Shown in pieces: positions 26,836 to 36,306 of a stretch of 57,665 bases of DNA. Source of the DNA: an uncultured Neomegalonema sp. (GTDB lineage: Bacteria; Pseudomonadota; Alphaproteobacteria; Rhodobacterales; Rhodobacteraceae); contig CAZXMX010000001.1 of assembly GCA_964641645.1 (NCBI GenBank), positions 1 through 57,665 of the forward strand. The letters are read 5' to 3'. The notes under the pieces are model-generated. The model was not told where the DNA came from. It did no database searches and saw only the letters and a program-made list of their open reading frames with translations. Within the stretch, counting starts at the first letter, position 1; every line of letters starts with the position of its first letter. A program made the position numbers and the translations under genes.

Positions 26836-27504
26836 TCATTGAATCTTTCGACCATTCAGGTCGCAATAGGCACCGCCGGTATTCATCTCCCAACCGCGCG
26901 TCAGAAGCTGACCGTTCGACTGCCGCAGATTTAAAATTCCGATATGAATCTCAGAGCCAGTCAGGCTGTTCTGCGCCACCATCACATACGTAACGACACT
27001 TCGATCGCGGCGTAGTTCGAGAATTTCTCCAGCGCCTTTAAACGAATTACCAGAGCTAAAAGTACTCTCGCCTTTTAGAATGCCGGGAGCTGAGACACGG
27101 AAGACCTGTTGGCTTGCGGCGTCGACATCTTGGACAAAAAAGTTGACGTCGCAGGACGCCTCATGCTCCCAACGCCCACTTAATGCACCATCGCTCAAAC
27201 TCGAAAGCGAGTCATTCGCTGGATCATGCCACGCCGTATGATCTGCAACTTTCGGTGTCCACGCTTGTCCGGTCTTTTTCTGAAAAAGCTTCGTTGCGCT
27301 GTCGACAAAACGACCATCCGAAAAATGTAGCAAGTAGGCCGAGATAATCCCGGAATTTTCGGTTCTCTTCGCTGCAGTCCAAAACTGTTGCTCGGCGCTT
27401 TGGATCTCAGCGGATGACGCCTCGACGATACGAGGGTGGGAAACGAAGAACGATCCGACGACAATCGCCATGAAGGCTGCATGAACCAGTTTCAAGAACG
27501 TCAC
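26836..27504 (-). CDS. hypothetical exported protein
   Basis: N-terminal hydrophobic segment AAFMAIVVGSFFV. I recognise no family. The start is uncertain: GTG 27504 overlaps its own GAGGAG, while TTG 27495 has better spacing. Confidence 0.5.
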   Translation of the reverse strand: MTFLKLVHAAFMAIVVGSFFVSHPRIVEASSAEIQSAEQQFWTAAKRTENSGIISAYLLHFSDGRFVDSATKLFQKKTGQAWTPKVADHTAWHDPANDSLSSLSDGALSGRWEHEASCDVNFFVQDVDAASQQVFRVSAPGILKGESTFSSGNSFKGAGEILELRRDRSVVTYVMVAQNSLTGSEIHIGILNLRQSNGQLLTRGWEMNTGGAYCDLNGRKIQ

Positions 27505-27520
27505 TCCTCAGACAAACAAC

Positions 27521-27550
27521 AAAACAGCCGCCCAAATGGACGGCTGTTTT
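27521..27550 (-). terminator. rho-independent terminator downstream of the YceI-family gene (usable in both orientations)
   Basis: AAAACAGCCG-cccaaatgga-CGGCTGTTTT forms a 10-bp perfect stem. On the minus strand it is followed by GTTGTTTG and on the plus strand by CATTC. Confidence 0.65.
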
Positions 27551-27577
27551 CATTCAACTAGGTGAGCAGTTATCAGA

Positions 27578-28186
27578 TCACCAACCGCCTTCTCTCATTT
27601 CCGAGTTAATCACCAACCGGACCCGGTCTGACGTGAGAGGTGCAAACATTCCAACGCCAAATTCTGAGCGGAGGATCGAACCTTCGGCGCGAATACCGAC
27701 CCAATCACCTTCGTAGTAGGGAATGAATTTGCCAAGCGGATGCTTCCCTTTGTGAAGTAATTCGACATCCAACGTAATCGACTTTGTCACGTCTTTGATC
27801 GTCAGTTCACCTTCGATTGTAAGGCCGCTCGCAGAAATCTGCTTAGCGCCCGTGGAAACAAATTTAATCTCCGGGTGCTTTTCGACCTCAAAGAAGTCCG
27901 CGCTTTTTAGGTGTTTGTCTAAGCCTTCAACGCCCGTATTAATGCTACCAGATTCAATGGTGACATTGACCGCGGTTGCGTCCTTGTCTTCTTCGTCGAA
28001 ATCAACTGTCCCTTTGACGCCATCCCAGCGTCCAGACTGCTCTGATACGCCAGCATGGTTCCAGAAGAACCGAACATCGGTGTGCCCTGGGTCCAGGTGA
28101 AAGGTATCAGCGACTGCTGGCGCCGAAGCGAACAAGGCAGCAGTTAAGATCGTTGTCGTCAAAGCGCGCATATTGTTTTCCATCAA
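27578..28186 (-). CDS. YceI family (polyisoprenoid-binding) periplasmic protein
   Basis: Signal peptide, then F.LDPGHTDVRF...H.G.S...G.....G...FD, the YceI signature. Confidence 0.85.
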   Translation of the reverse strand: MMENNMRALTTTILTAALFASAPAVADTFHLDPGHTDVRFFWNHAGVSEQSGRWDGVKGTVDFDEEDKDATAVNVTIESGSINTGVEGLDKHLKSADFFEVEKHPEIKFVSTGAKQISASGLTIEGELTIKDVTKSITLDVELLHKGKHPLGKFIPYYEGDWVGIRAEGSILRSEFGVGMFAPLTSDRVRLVINSEMREGGW

Positions 28187-28276
28187 TAAACTGAAAACTC
28201 GAACCGCAATTTTTCTTTGTTATGCGGATGCAGCAATACAAGAGTTTGTGAGTTTTCGTTACCTGATGCCCACCAC

Positions 28277-28308
28277 AAAAAACGGGCCGCCCCGAAGGAC
28301 GGCCCGTT
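28277..28308 (-). terminator. rho-independent terminator of glnA
   Basis: On the minus strand AACGGGCCG-tccttcgggg-CGGCCCGTT is followed by TTTTT, 24 nt after the glnA stop. Confidence 0.8.
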
Positions 28309-28331
28309 CCGCAGTCAAACTGCCGCCAGCA

Positions 28332-29741
28332 TTAGCAGCTGTAGTACATCTCGAACTCGACCGGGTGAGGCGTGTGCTCGTAGCGGTAAACTTCTTCCCA
28401 CTTGAGGTCCATATAGCCTTGAATTTGATCTTCCGAGAAAACGCCGCCCTTAACGAGGAAGGCATGATCTTCCGCCAGCGAGTCCAGCGCTTCGCGCAGA
28501 GAACCACAAACGGTCGGGATACCAGCCAGCTCTTCTGGCGGCAGATCGTAAAGATCTTTCTCCGAAGGATCGCCCGGATGGATTTTGTTTTCGATGCCGT
28601 CAAGGCCAGCCATCAACAGCGCGGCAAAGCAGAGGTATGGGTTTGCTGCTGGATCAGGGAAACGAGCCTCAACGCGTTTAGCCTTCGGCGACTCTGTCCA
28701 CGGAATGCGGACGCAGCCTGAACGGTTGCTTGCAGAATACGCTCGCAGCACCGGTGCTTCAAAACCTGGAATCAGGCGCTTGTAGCTGTTGGTCGATGGG
28801 TTGGTGAACGCGTTCAGTGCTTTTGCATGTTTGAGAACGCCGCCGATGAAGAAAATCGCTTCATCACTGAGGTCTGCATAGCCGTTGCCCGCGAAGAGCG
28901 GCTTGCCGTCTTTCCAGATCGACATGTTGACGTGCATTCCGGTGCCGTTATCGCCCGCAATCGGCTTTGGCATAAACGTCGCGGATTTGCCGTAAGCTGC
29001 CGCCACGTTGTGGATGACGTACTTGTACTTTTGCAGGTTGTCGGCTTGCTCAACAAGGCTGCCGAAGATCATGCCCAGCTCGTGCTGCGACGCTGCAACT
29101 TCGTGGTGGTGCTTGTCGACCTTCATGCCGATTTGCTTCATCGTCGAAAGCATCTCGGAACGGATGTCCTGTGCGGAGTCCGTCGGGTTGACGGGGAAGT
29201 AGCCGCCTTTAACGCCCGGACGGTGACCAAGGTTGCCCATCTCGAAATTCGTACCGGAGTTCCAAGGGCTGTCAGCCGCGTCAACTTCGTAGCTGACCTT
29301 TTCCATCTTCACGTCGAAACGCACGTCGTCAAAGAGGAAGAACTCCGCTTCAGGTCCCCAGAACGACTGGTCGCCGATACCACACGCTTTAAGGTGCGCT
29401 TCAGCTTTGCGCGCCGTACCGCGTGGGTCACGCTCGTAGGCTTCGCCCGTGTCTGGCTCAACAACGTCAGCGAAAATCGCGAGCGTCTTTTGTGCATAGA
29501 ACGGATCAATATACGCGCTGGTGGCGTCTGGCATCAGTTTCATGTCGGAATTATCGATGCTCTTCCAACCTGCGATGGACGATCCATCAAACATCCAGCC
29601 TTCGGCAAACCAATCTTCGTCGATGATGTCGACGATGGCTGTCACGTGTTGCATTTTTCCGCGTGGGTCGGTGAAGCGGATATCGACATATTCGATGCCC
29701 TCATCCTTGATCATTTTGCAGATAGTTGCTGCGTCGCTCAT
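28332..29741 (-). CDS. glnA: glutamine synthetase, type I
   Basis: 469 aa. FTDPRGKMQH, MFDGSSI, the NGTGMHVNMS(I)W block and the adenylylation-site region NLYDLPPEE-like (KDLYDLPPEEL) are present. Confidence 0.95.
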   Translation of the reverse strand: MSDAATICKMIKDEGIEYVDIRFTDPRGKMQHVTAIVDIIDEDWFAEGWMFDGSSIAGWKSIDNSDMKLMPDATSAYIDPFYAQKTLAIFADVVEPDTGEAYERDPRGTARKAEAHLKACGIGDQSFWGPEAEFFLFDDVRFDVKMEKVSYEVDAADSPWNSGTNFEMGNLGHRPGVKGGYFPVNPTDSAQDIRSEMLSTMKQIGMKVDKHHHEVAASQHELGMIFGSLVEQADNLQKYKYVIHNVAAAYGKSATFMPKPIAGDNGTGMHVNMSIWKDGKPLFAGNGYADLSDEAIFFIGGVLKHAKALNAFTNPSTNSYKRLIPGFEAPVLRAYSASNRSGCVRIPWTESPKAKRVEARFPDPAANPYLCFAALLMAGLDGIENKIHPGDPSEKDLYDLPPEELAGIPTVCGSLREALDSLAEDHAFLVKGGVFSEDQIQGYMDLKWEEVYRYEHTPHPVEFEMYYSC

Positions 29742-29775
29742 AGAAGTGTCCCTCTCAGTGTCTTGTGTGTTCGGG

Positions 29776-30189
<414 letters not shown>

Positions 30190-30334
30190 AACTTTTAATG
30201 ATTATGTTTCAATAACTTATCTAACACTACCTGTAATTTGATGCCTAATTTATAGGCGGGATGATGAAAGTTTAGGCATTAAAACTTGTCTCTGTGATGG
30301 GCAGGCAGACGAATTGCTCGGAGGAGATTAAGGC

Positions 30335-30810
30335 TCAATCCAACCGATCCAGCCAACCGGCGAACGCTGCGTGAGCGCCGGGATGTTCAGGCATCAAGTG
30401 TTTTGATCCGAACATGGAGCTGGTGACTATCATATCTGCGGTGGCGCGATTGCAGGCGACTGGGACTTCGTACAAACGGAGAGCCGGACGAGTGCTTTCA
30501 CATCAACATCGTGCGGCTGGGCGGTCATGACATCTTGAAAGAAGATCAAGGCGTCGAGCTTTTCTTCTGCGATCAAAGCTCCCATTTGTTGATCGCCGCC
30601 GAACGGCCCGCTCTTAAGCGCGGAGATGTCGAGGTGGGGTAAATGCTCATTGAGCATCTTCCCGGTTGTTCCTGTTGCAACAAAATGATGCGGCGAAAGC
30701 GCTTCAACATTCGCTGTAACCCACTCAAGCAACGGCGCTTTCATCCGGTCATGGGCGACGAGACCAATCGTAAGCGCCTGAAACTCAGTCACTAATTTTT
30801 CCTCAATCAA
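30335..30810 (-). pseudogene. mgsA: methylglyoxal synthase disrupted by a 1-nt frameshift near 30474-30476
   Basis: Frame A (30430..30810) reads ...GLVAHD...GTTG...DVKALVRLSV and then ends in non-homologous residues. The adjacent frame continues LYEVPVACNRATADMIVTSSMF... to TGA at 30335-30337. The combined length would be 158 aa, close to E. coli MgsA at about 152 aa from memory. Confidence 0.75.
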
Positions 30811-31290
30811 TTTTATCTATCGAAACAAACTGGCAATACCCTGGTGGCATACTCAGTAAATGTAAGGCTAGTGGGCATTTGACGCGAGTTTTACGCTTGG
30901 ATTCAATCCGATTTGAGCTAACCTAAACTTGGTTATCGGGGGCGATAAGATGAGTGATACACTAAGTTGGCTACTAGGACGACGAGCAAGCGTTGCTGAC
31001 AGACAGGCGCTTGGCGAGGATATGGTTCCTTCTCCGGAGGCTCTCGCAGAGAGATCATCGCTATCTCGGGCGGCCTCTGAAGCAAGCGACGACAAGCAGT
31101 CGAACGGACCTTTTCGATCCGCCGCGCTCGGACCGGTTCGCGATTTCCCGGTTTAGACCTATAAGCGTCGATACCAGCCGCCATTGACACCCGACTCTTT
31201 CATGGGCAATCCATGCTTTAGCAAGTCGGGGACGAAGTGGGGTCAGGTATCTTGGATCGAGACAGCACGAAAGCTCTTGCCTCGGACCAC

Positions 31291-33000
31291 ATGGGTTCAG
31301 GCGAGGCTTTGTTTGAAGCGCGTTCAATTTCCAAATCATTCGGAGACGTCAGGGCGAACCATGACGTCTCGCTTTCCGTAAAGGCTGGCGAAAAACTAGC
31401 GTTGCTCGGTGAGAATGGTGCCGGAAAATCAACGTTAGTCAAAATGATAAACGGCGTTCTTAAACCAGATTCTGGTGCTTTTTTCTGGAATGGAAAGCGC
31501 GTATCAATTTCTTCACCTGCTGCTGCAAAGCGCATCGGTATCGGCATGGTGTTTCAACACTTTTCGAGCTTTGACGCGCTGACTGTTCTTGAAAATCTTG
31601 CAATCGCTCTCCCTCATTTCTCCGTCAGAAAGATTCGAAAGGACCTGAGGGATATTAAAGAACGTTATGGTCTCGCCATCGACCCAAACCGTCGTGTGGA
31701 ACGCCTTTCGGCGGGGGAGAAACAGCGGGTCGAGATTGTTCGCGCATTGCTGCAAAAGCCCAAGCTTTTGATCCTCGACGAGCCAACTTCGGTCCTCACA
31801 CCTCAAGAAGCCACCAGCTTATTTGAAACCCTCAATTCTCTTTCCGCTGATGGTATGGCGCTGATTTACATTTCGCATCGCCTCCCGGAGATTAAAGAGC
31901 TATGCGATCGCGCCACGGTATTGCGGCATGGCGAAGTCGTCGGCTCTTGCATCCCGGCTGAAACGTCCGTTGCTCAAATCGCGGAAATGATGATTGGCAA
32001 AACCGCCGATCCAATTCATCGGGTTGATGCCTTCGTCGGCGGTGTCCGATTGAACGTCGAGAACCTTTCCGTTCCCATCAAGGATGGTGTGCCGCTGAAA
32101 GACGTTAGTTTCACCGCCCGTCGTGGCGAGATCATGGGGATCGCTGGTGTTGCGGGTGAAGGACAAGAGGCACTGTTTTCAGCGCTCAGCGGAGAGATCT
32201 TGGCTCGGCGGGCACGAAGCATTCAAATCGACGGTCGTTCTATCGGCTCGTTGGGGCCAAAAGCACGTCGGAAACTGATGGGTTCCTTCGCCCCTGAACA
32301 GCGCCTAGGCCATGCTGCGATTGCCGACTTAAACCTAACGGACAACCTGCGTTTGACACATCATGGCCTGCCGAATTCAGGACGTAAGAATTTGAAAAGG
32401 CGCGCGACGACAATTCGTAAGAACTTCGACGTGCGCGCGGCCAAGGGTGATCCGAAGGCCGGAACCCTTTCGGGCGGCAATCTCCAGAAATTTGTCATTG
32501 GTAGAGAATTGGATCGAGAGCCCAGCGTCTTCGTGGTCGCGCAACCGACCTGGGGCGTTGACGCCGGGGCAGCGAGCTTCATCCGCAATGCGCTGCTTGA
32601 ACTGACGCAACGTGGTGCAGCGGTTGTGCTGATCTCCCAAGACCTCGACGAAATCTTCCAAATCGCAGACAGGGTCGCTGTGCTGCACCGCGGCAGTTTG
32701 TCTGAAACTTATGCGATCGATGAGATGACACCCGACAAGATCGGACTATTGATGGCTGGCGCCGACATATCAAATTACACGCCACCCGCCAAAACGGACC
32801 CTTCGACTTCTGTTGCCTCGATTTCGCAAGCGAAACCAAAGCCTATCGCTCCCGTCCAGCCGCTTCCCAAATTGCGGACAGAAGAGGCTCAAGCCATCGA
32901 AAAACCCGCCCCAACTGCTCTACGATATACAACGAGTGGCACGACAACGACGGCGTGGACGCCGCATGAGATGATTCAGCAGTTTGAGAAACGACCATGA
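31291..33000 (+). CDS. ABC transporter ATP-binding protein with duplicated NBDs (BMP/nucleoside-sugar type), plus a ~78-aa P/T-rich C-terminal tail
   Basis: Two Walker A/LSGG sets: GENGAGKST and LSAGEKQRVEI, then a degenerate second P-loop and LSGGNLQKF. I prefer ATG 31291 over GTG 31237. Confidence 0.85.
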   Translation: MGSGEALFEARSISKSFGDVRANHDVSLSVKAGEKLALLGENGAGKSTLVKMINGVLKPDSGAFFWNGKRVSISSPAAAKRIGIGMVFQHFSSFDALTVLENLAIALPHFSVRKIRKDLRDIKERYGLAIDPNRRVERLSAGEKQRVEIVRALLQKPKLLILDEPTSVLTPQEATSLFETLNSLSADGMALIYISHRLPEIKELCDRATVLRHGEVVGSCIPAETSVAQIAEMMIGKTADPIHRVDAFVGGVRLNVENLSVPIKDGVPLKDVSFTARRGEIMGIAGVAGEGQEALFSALSGEILARRARSIQIDGRSIGSLGPKARRKLMGSFAPEQRLGHAAIADLNLTDNLRLTHHGLPNSGRKNLKRRATTIRKNFDVRAAKGDPKAGTLSGGNLQKFVIGRELDREPSVFVVAQPTWGVDAGAASFIRNALLELTQRGAAVVLISQDLDEIFQIADRVAVLHRGSLSETYAIDEMTPDKIGLLMAGADISNYTPPAKTDPSTSVASISQAKPKPIAPVQPLPKLRTEEAQAIEKPAPTALRYTTSGTTTTAWTPHEMIQQFEKRP

Positions 33001-34112
33001 TCCGCGTTGAAAAGCGGCCTGCTCCATCGACAACCGCGTCAATCCTCTCTCCGATTTTTGCCATCGCGCTGACGATCATCTGTGGACTCTTGATGATCAG
33101 CGCTGCCGGGAAATCCCCGGCGGAGGCCATGGACGTCTACTTCTTATTCCCCTTCAATGATCTGGCCGCGTATTTCAACGCGCCACCTGATCAGCGTGCA
33201 GGCCTTTTGTACCAACCAGCTGAAGTCCTCGTGAAAGCCATCCCTCTGGCTTTAATCGGGGTCGGGTTGGCCGTTGCATTTCGAGCTGGGATTTTCAATA
33301 TCGGCGCGCCCGGCCAATACATCCTAGGAGCCATCTTTGCAGGAGGCGTCGCTTTACATGCACCAGAAGACGCACCGCGCATTGTCCTATTACCGGCCTG
33401 CCTGATTGCCGGAGCCTTCGGCGGATTGCTTTGGGCGCTCATTCCAGCCTTCTTTCGCATTCGCACCGGCGCGAGTGAAATTCTTACGAGCCTCATGCTG
33501 AGCTATGTCGCAGCCTTGTTACTCGATTGGCTCGTGCGAAACCCTTGGAAAGACCCCCTTGGTTTTGGGTTTCCACAAAGCCGAGACTTCCCCGACAATG
33601 CGATCATTCCGATCATGCTAGAAGGGACACGCCTCCACTGGGGTCTTGTCTTGACCGTGATTGTCATCGCCCTGCTCTGGTTCGTGATGTCACGGACAGT
33701 TACCGGGTTTCGCGTAACGGTCACGGGCCTTGCGCCGCGCGCCGCACATTTCGCAGGCTTCAAACAATCAGCAACCGTATATTCTGTTTTTCTTCTGTCC
33801 GGCGCACTCGCGGGATTGGCGGGAGCTGTTGAGGCGACCTCGACAATCGGACAGCTTCAACCAGAAATTTCTGCTGAATATGGATTTGCTGCGATTATTG
33901 TCGCGTTCTTGGGTCGGCTGCATCCGGTTGGCGTCCTCTTCGCCGCACTGATATTGGCAATGACCTACATTGGCGGCGAGAATGCTCAAATTTTGCTCGG
34001 CTTGCCAAAAAACGCGACCTTGGTGTTTCAAGGAATGCTGCTGCTATTCCTACTCGCATGTGACGCTTTAATTCATTACCGCCTTCGCTGGCATTCGGCA
34101 CGGAGAGCATAA
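32997..34112 (+). CDS. ABC transporter permease (BPD_transp_2, YufP/RnsC-like)
   Basis: Multi-TM protein. ATGA overlap with the ATPase gene. FNIG..GQ motif region is present. Confidence 0.85.
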   Translation: MIRVEKRPAPSTTASILSPIFAIALTIICGLLMISAAGKSPAEAMDVYFLFPFNDLAAYFNAPPDQRAGLLYQPAEVLVKAIPLALIGVGLAVAFRAGIFNIGAPGQYILGAIFAGGVALHAPEDAPRIVLLPACLIAGAFGGLLWALIPAFFRIRTGASEILTSLMLSYVAALLLDWLVRNPWKDPLGFGFPQSRDFPDNAIIPIMLEGTRLHWGLVLTVIVIALLWFVMSRTVTGFRVTVTGLAPRAAHFAGFKQSATVYSVFLLSGALAGLAGAVEATSTIGQLQPEISAEYGFAAIIVAFLGRLHPVGVLFAALILAMTYIGGENAQILLGLPKNATLVFQGMLLLFLLACDALIHYRLRWHSARRA

Positions 34113-34113
34113 G

Positions 34114-35019
34114 ATGGAACCGTTTTTGATTGCTGTCGTCATCGCAGCCACTCCATTCCTGTATGCCGCGACGGGCGAGCTGATTGCAGAGCGATCCGGC
34201 GTCCTAAATTTGGGCGTTGAAGGCATGATGCTTCTCGGTGCTGTCGCTGCCTTCGCAACATCTCTGACCACGGGATCGAGCCTGTATGGCATTGCTGCGG
34301 GAGCCGCAGCCGGTGCAGCAGGCGCTTTGCTCTTTGTCATCATCGCTCTTGGGTTTTCAGCGAACCAGGCCGCAACAGGACTCGCCTTGACCATTTTTGG
34401 CGCAGGAGCCAGTGGTCTGATCGGGCAAGGCTACGTCGGACAAGCACTCTCGCCGCTCCCAAAACTGCCCATCCCAGAGGCTTGGTCAGAGTTCGCCGCC
34501 GCTCGAATTTTACTCGGCCATGACGGGATGGTTTACGGAGCTTTCGCGCTAGTTTTCGTGACGTGGTGCTATTTGCGCTTCACGCGATCAGGTCTAAGAC
34601 TTCACGCAATCGGTGATGACCACCACTCCGCACAAGCACAAGGATTGTCTGTACTGCGCGTTCGCACGTTTGCCGTGTTGTTTGGAGGCGCGTGTGCAGG
34701 TCTAGGCGGCGCCTACCTTTCATTGGCTTACACGCCGCTTTGGGCCGAGGATATGACGGCCGGACGAGGCTGGATTGCTCTTGCATTGGTGGTCTTTGCG
34801 AGTTGGCGATTGTTCCGCGTGACGATTGGTGCGCTCATTTTCGCAGCGTTTGATCAAGCAGGAAATTATCGCGAGACGCTAAACATCGATATTCCCTCGC
34901 AATTTTTATCGATGGCCCCGTACGTGGCAACGATCATCGCCTTGGTCATCATCTCAATTGCAAGTCGTCGGTCTGACACGCCGGCATGTTTAGGACGAGA
35001 ATTTAGACCGGATCGGTGA
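34114..35019 (+). CDS. ABC transporter permease (BPD_transp_2, YufQ/RnsD-like)
   Basis: GELI.ERSGVLNLGVEGMM is typical. It starts 2 nt after the upstream stop. Confidence 0.85.
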   Translation: MEPFLIAVVIAATPFLYAATGELIAERSGVLNLGVEGMMLLGAVAAFATSLTTGSSLYGIAAGAAAGAAGALLFVIIALGFSANQAATGLALTIFGAGASGLIGQGYVGQALSPLPKLPIPEAWSEFAAARILLGHDGMVYGAFALVFVTWCYLRFTRSGLRLHAIGDDHHSAQAQGLSVLRVRTFAVLFGGACAGLGGAYLSLAYTPLWAEDMTAGRGWIALALVVFASWRLFRVTIGALIFAAFDQAGNYRETLNIDIPSQFLSMAPYVATIIALVIISIASRRSDTPACLGREFRPDR

Positions 35020-35145
35020 ACCTCGAAATTTCGTGAAATTTTCGCCGTAGACCTTTGATATGTCGCGTACGAGACTTGCGCACATTGCCATGTGCGTGCT
35101 TGTCTTCAACTCAGATTCTTAGAGCGTGAAGCGGCTGGAGGCTTG

Positions 35146-36234
35146 ATGGCCAATACGAATGGATCGAACGACTTCGTCGTCTTCGATCAGGTACAGAAAA
35201 GCTATGACGGTGAAACGCTTGTCGTGAAGAACCTCAACCTGTCCATTGGGCAAGGTGAATTTTTGACGATGCTGGGGCCGTCTGGTTCCGGCAAGACGAC
35301 CTGTCTGATGATGCTTGCGGGCTTTGAGACGTCAACCCACGGCGAAATCCGCCTCGATGGACGACCGATCAATAATATCCCACCGCATAAACGCGGCATC
35401 GGCATGGTGTTCCAGAACTACGCCCTGTTCCCGCACATGACCGTTGCCGAGAACCTCGCGTTTCCCTTGCAAGTCCGGAAGATGAGCAAGGCCAACACGC
35501 GCGATAAGGTCGCGAAAGCACTTGATATGGTTCAGATGGGCGAATTCGGGGATCGCCGTCCATCTCAACTTTCGGGTGGGCAACAACAGCGGGTTGCGCT
35601 CGCTCGCGCTTTGGTTTTTGAACCTGAATTGGTGTTGATGGATGAGCCGCTTGGAGCCTTGGATAAACAGCTCCGCGAACACATGCAGTATGAGATTAAG
35701 CACATCCACGAACGCCTTGGTGTTACCGTGGTTTATGTCACTCATGATCAATCCGAAGCGCTTACGATGTCAGACAGGATCGCCGTGTTCGATGATGGCG
35801 TGATCCAACAGCTTGCCCCACCGGCTGTCTTATATGAAAAACCCGAGAATGCCTTTGTCGCCTCTTTTATTGGTGAGAATAACAAATTGGGCGCTCGTAT
35901 TGATAGCGTATCTGAAGGCGTGGCTACGGTAACACTCGACAATAGCAGCCAAGTTCAAGCGCTCGCCGTAAATTGTGGTGAGAGCGGGAATACACTGCTT
36001 TCAATCCGTCCTGAACGCGTTTTGCTCGCAGCCGATGCACCAAATCGCCTCGATGGGAAGGTTCTGGAGTTGATCTACCTCGGCGATCATATCCGCTGTC
36101 GCATGGCAGTGGCAGGTCACGACGAGTTTATTGTTAAGGTTCCGAATTCCTCGGATCATGCAGCCTTAAATGTGGGCGAAACATGCCCCGTGGGCTGGGT
36201 AACCGAAGATTGCCGCGCGCTTGACGCGGCGTGA
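35146..36234 (+). CDS. ABC transporter ATP-binding protein (PotA/polyamine-opine type with C-terminal TOBE-like domain)
   Basis: GPSGSGKTT, LSGGQQQRVALARAL, LMDEPLGALD. ATG 35146 follows GGCTGGAGG. Confidence 0.85.
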   Translation: MANTNGSNDFVVFDQVQKSYDGETLVVKNLNLSIGQGEFLTMLGPSGSGKTTCLMMLAGFETSTHGEIRLDGRPINNIPPHKRGIGMVFQNYALFPHMTVAENLAFPLQVRKMSKANTRDKVAKALDMVQMGEFGDRRPSQLSGGQQQRVALARALVFEPELVLMDEPLGALDKQLREHMQYEIKHIHERLGVTVVYVTHDQSEALTMSDRIAVFDDGVIQQLAPPAVLYEKPENAFVASFIGENNKLGARIDSVSEGVATVTLDNSSQVQALAVNCGESGNTLLSIRPERVLLAADAPNRLDGKVLELIYLGDHIRCRMAVAGHDEFIVKVPNSSDHAALNVGETCPVGWVTEDCRALDAA

Positions 36235-36306
36235 CATGACATCGACCGCGTCGCGGTCGGTGAACAAGACGGCCGGATCATCCCGGCAAAACCAGGGAGT
36301 TATCAA

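Noticed and set aside
30430-30480. Programmed ribosomal frameshift as the explanation for the mgsA frame change
   Set aside because: There is no slippery heptamer (X XXY YYZ) or downstream pseudoknot at the junction. A simple 1-nt indel is the more economical explanation.
30929-31156. 75-aa ORF (or 68 aa from ATG 30950, preceded by GGGGG) in the long mgsA / ABC spacer
   Set aside because: It is hydrophilic and low-complexity, uses many rare codons (cta, aga, gga, cga), and has no family resemblance. I could not support it as a gene. It is kept only as part of the spacer finding.
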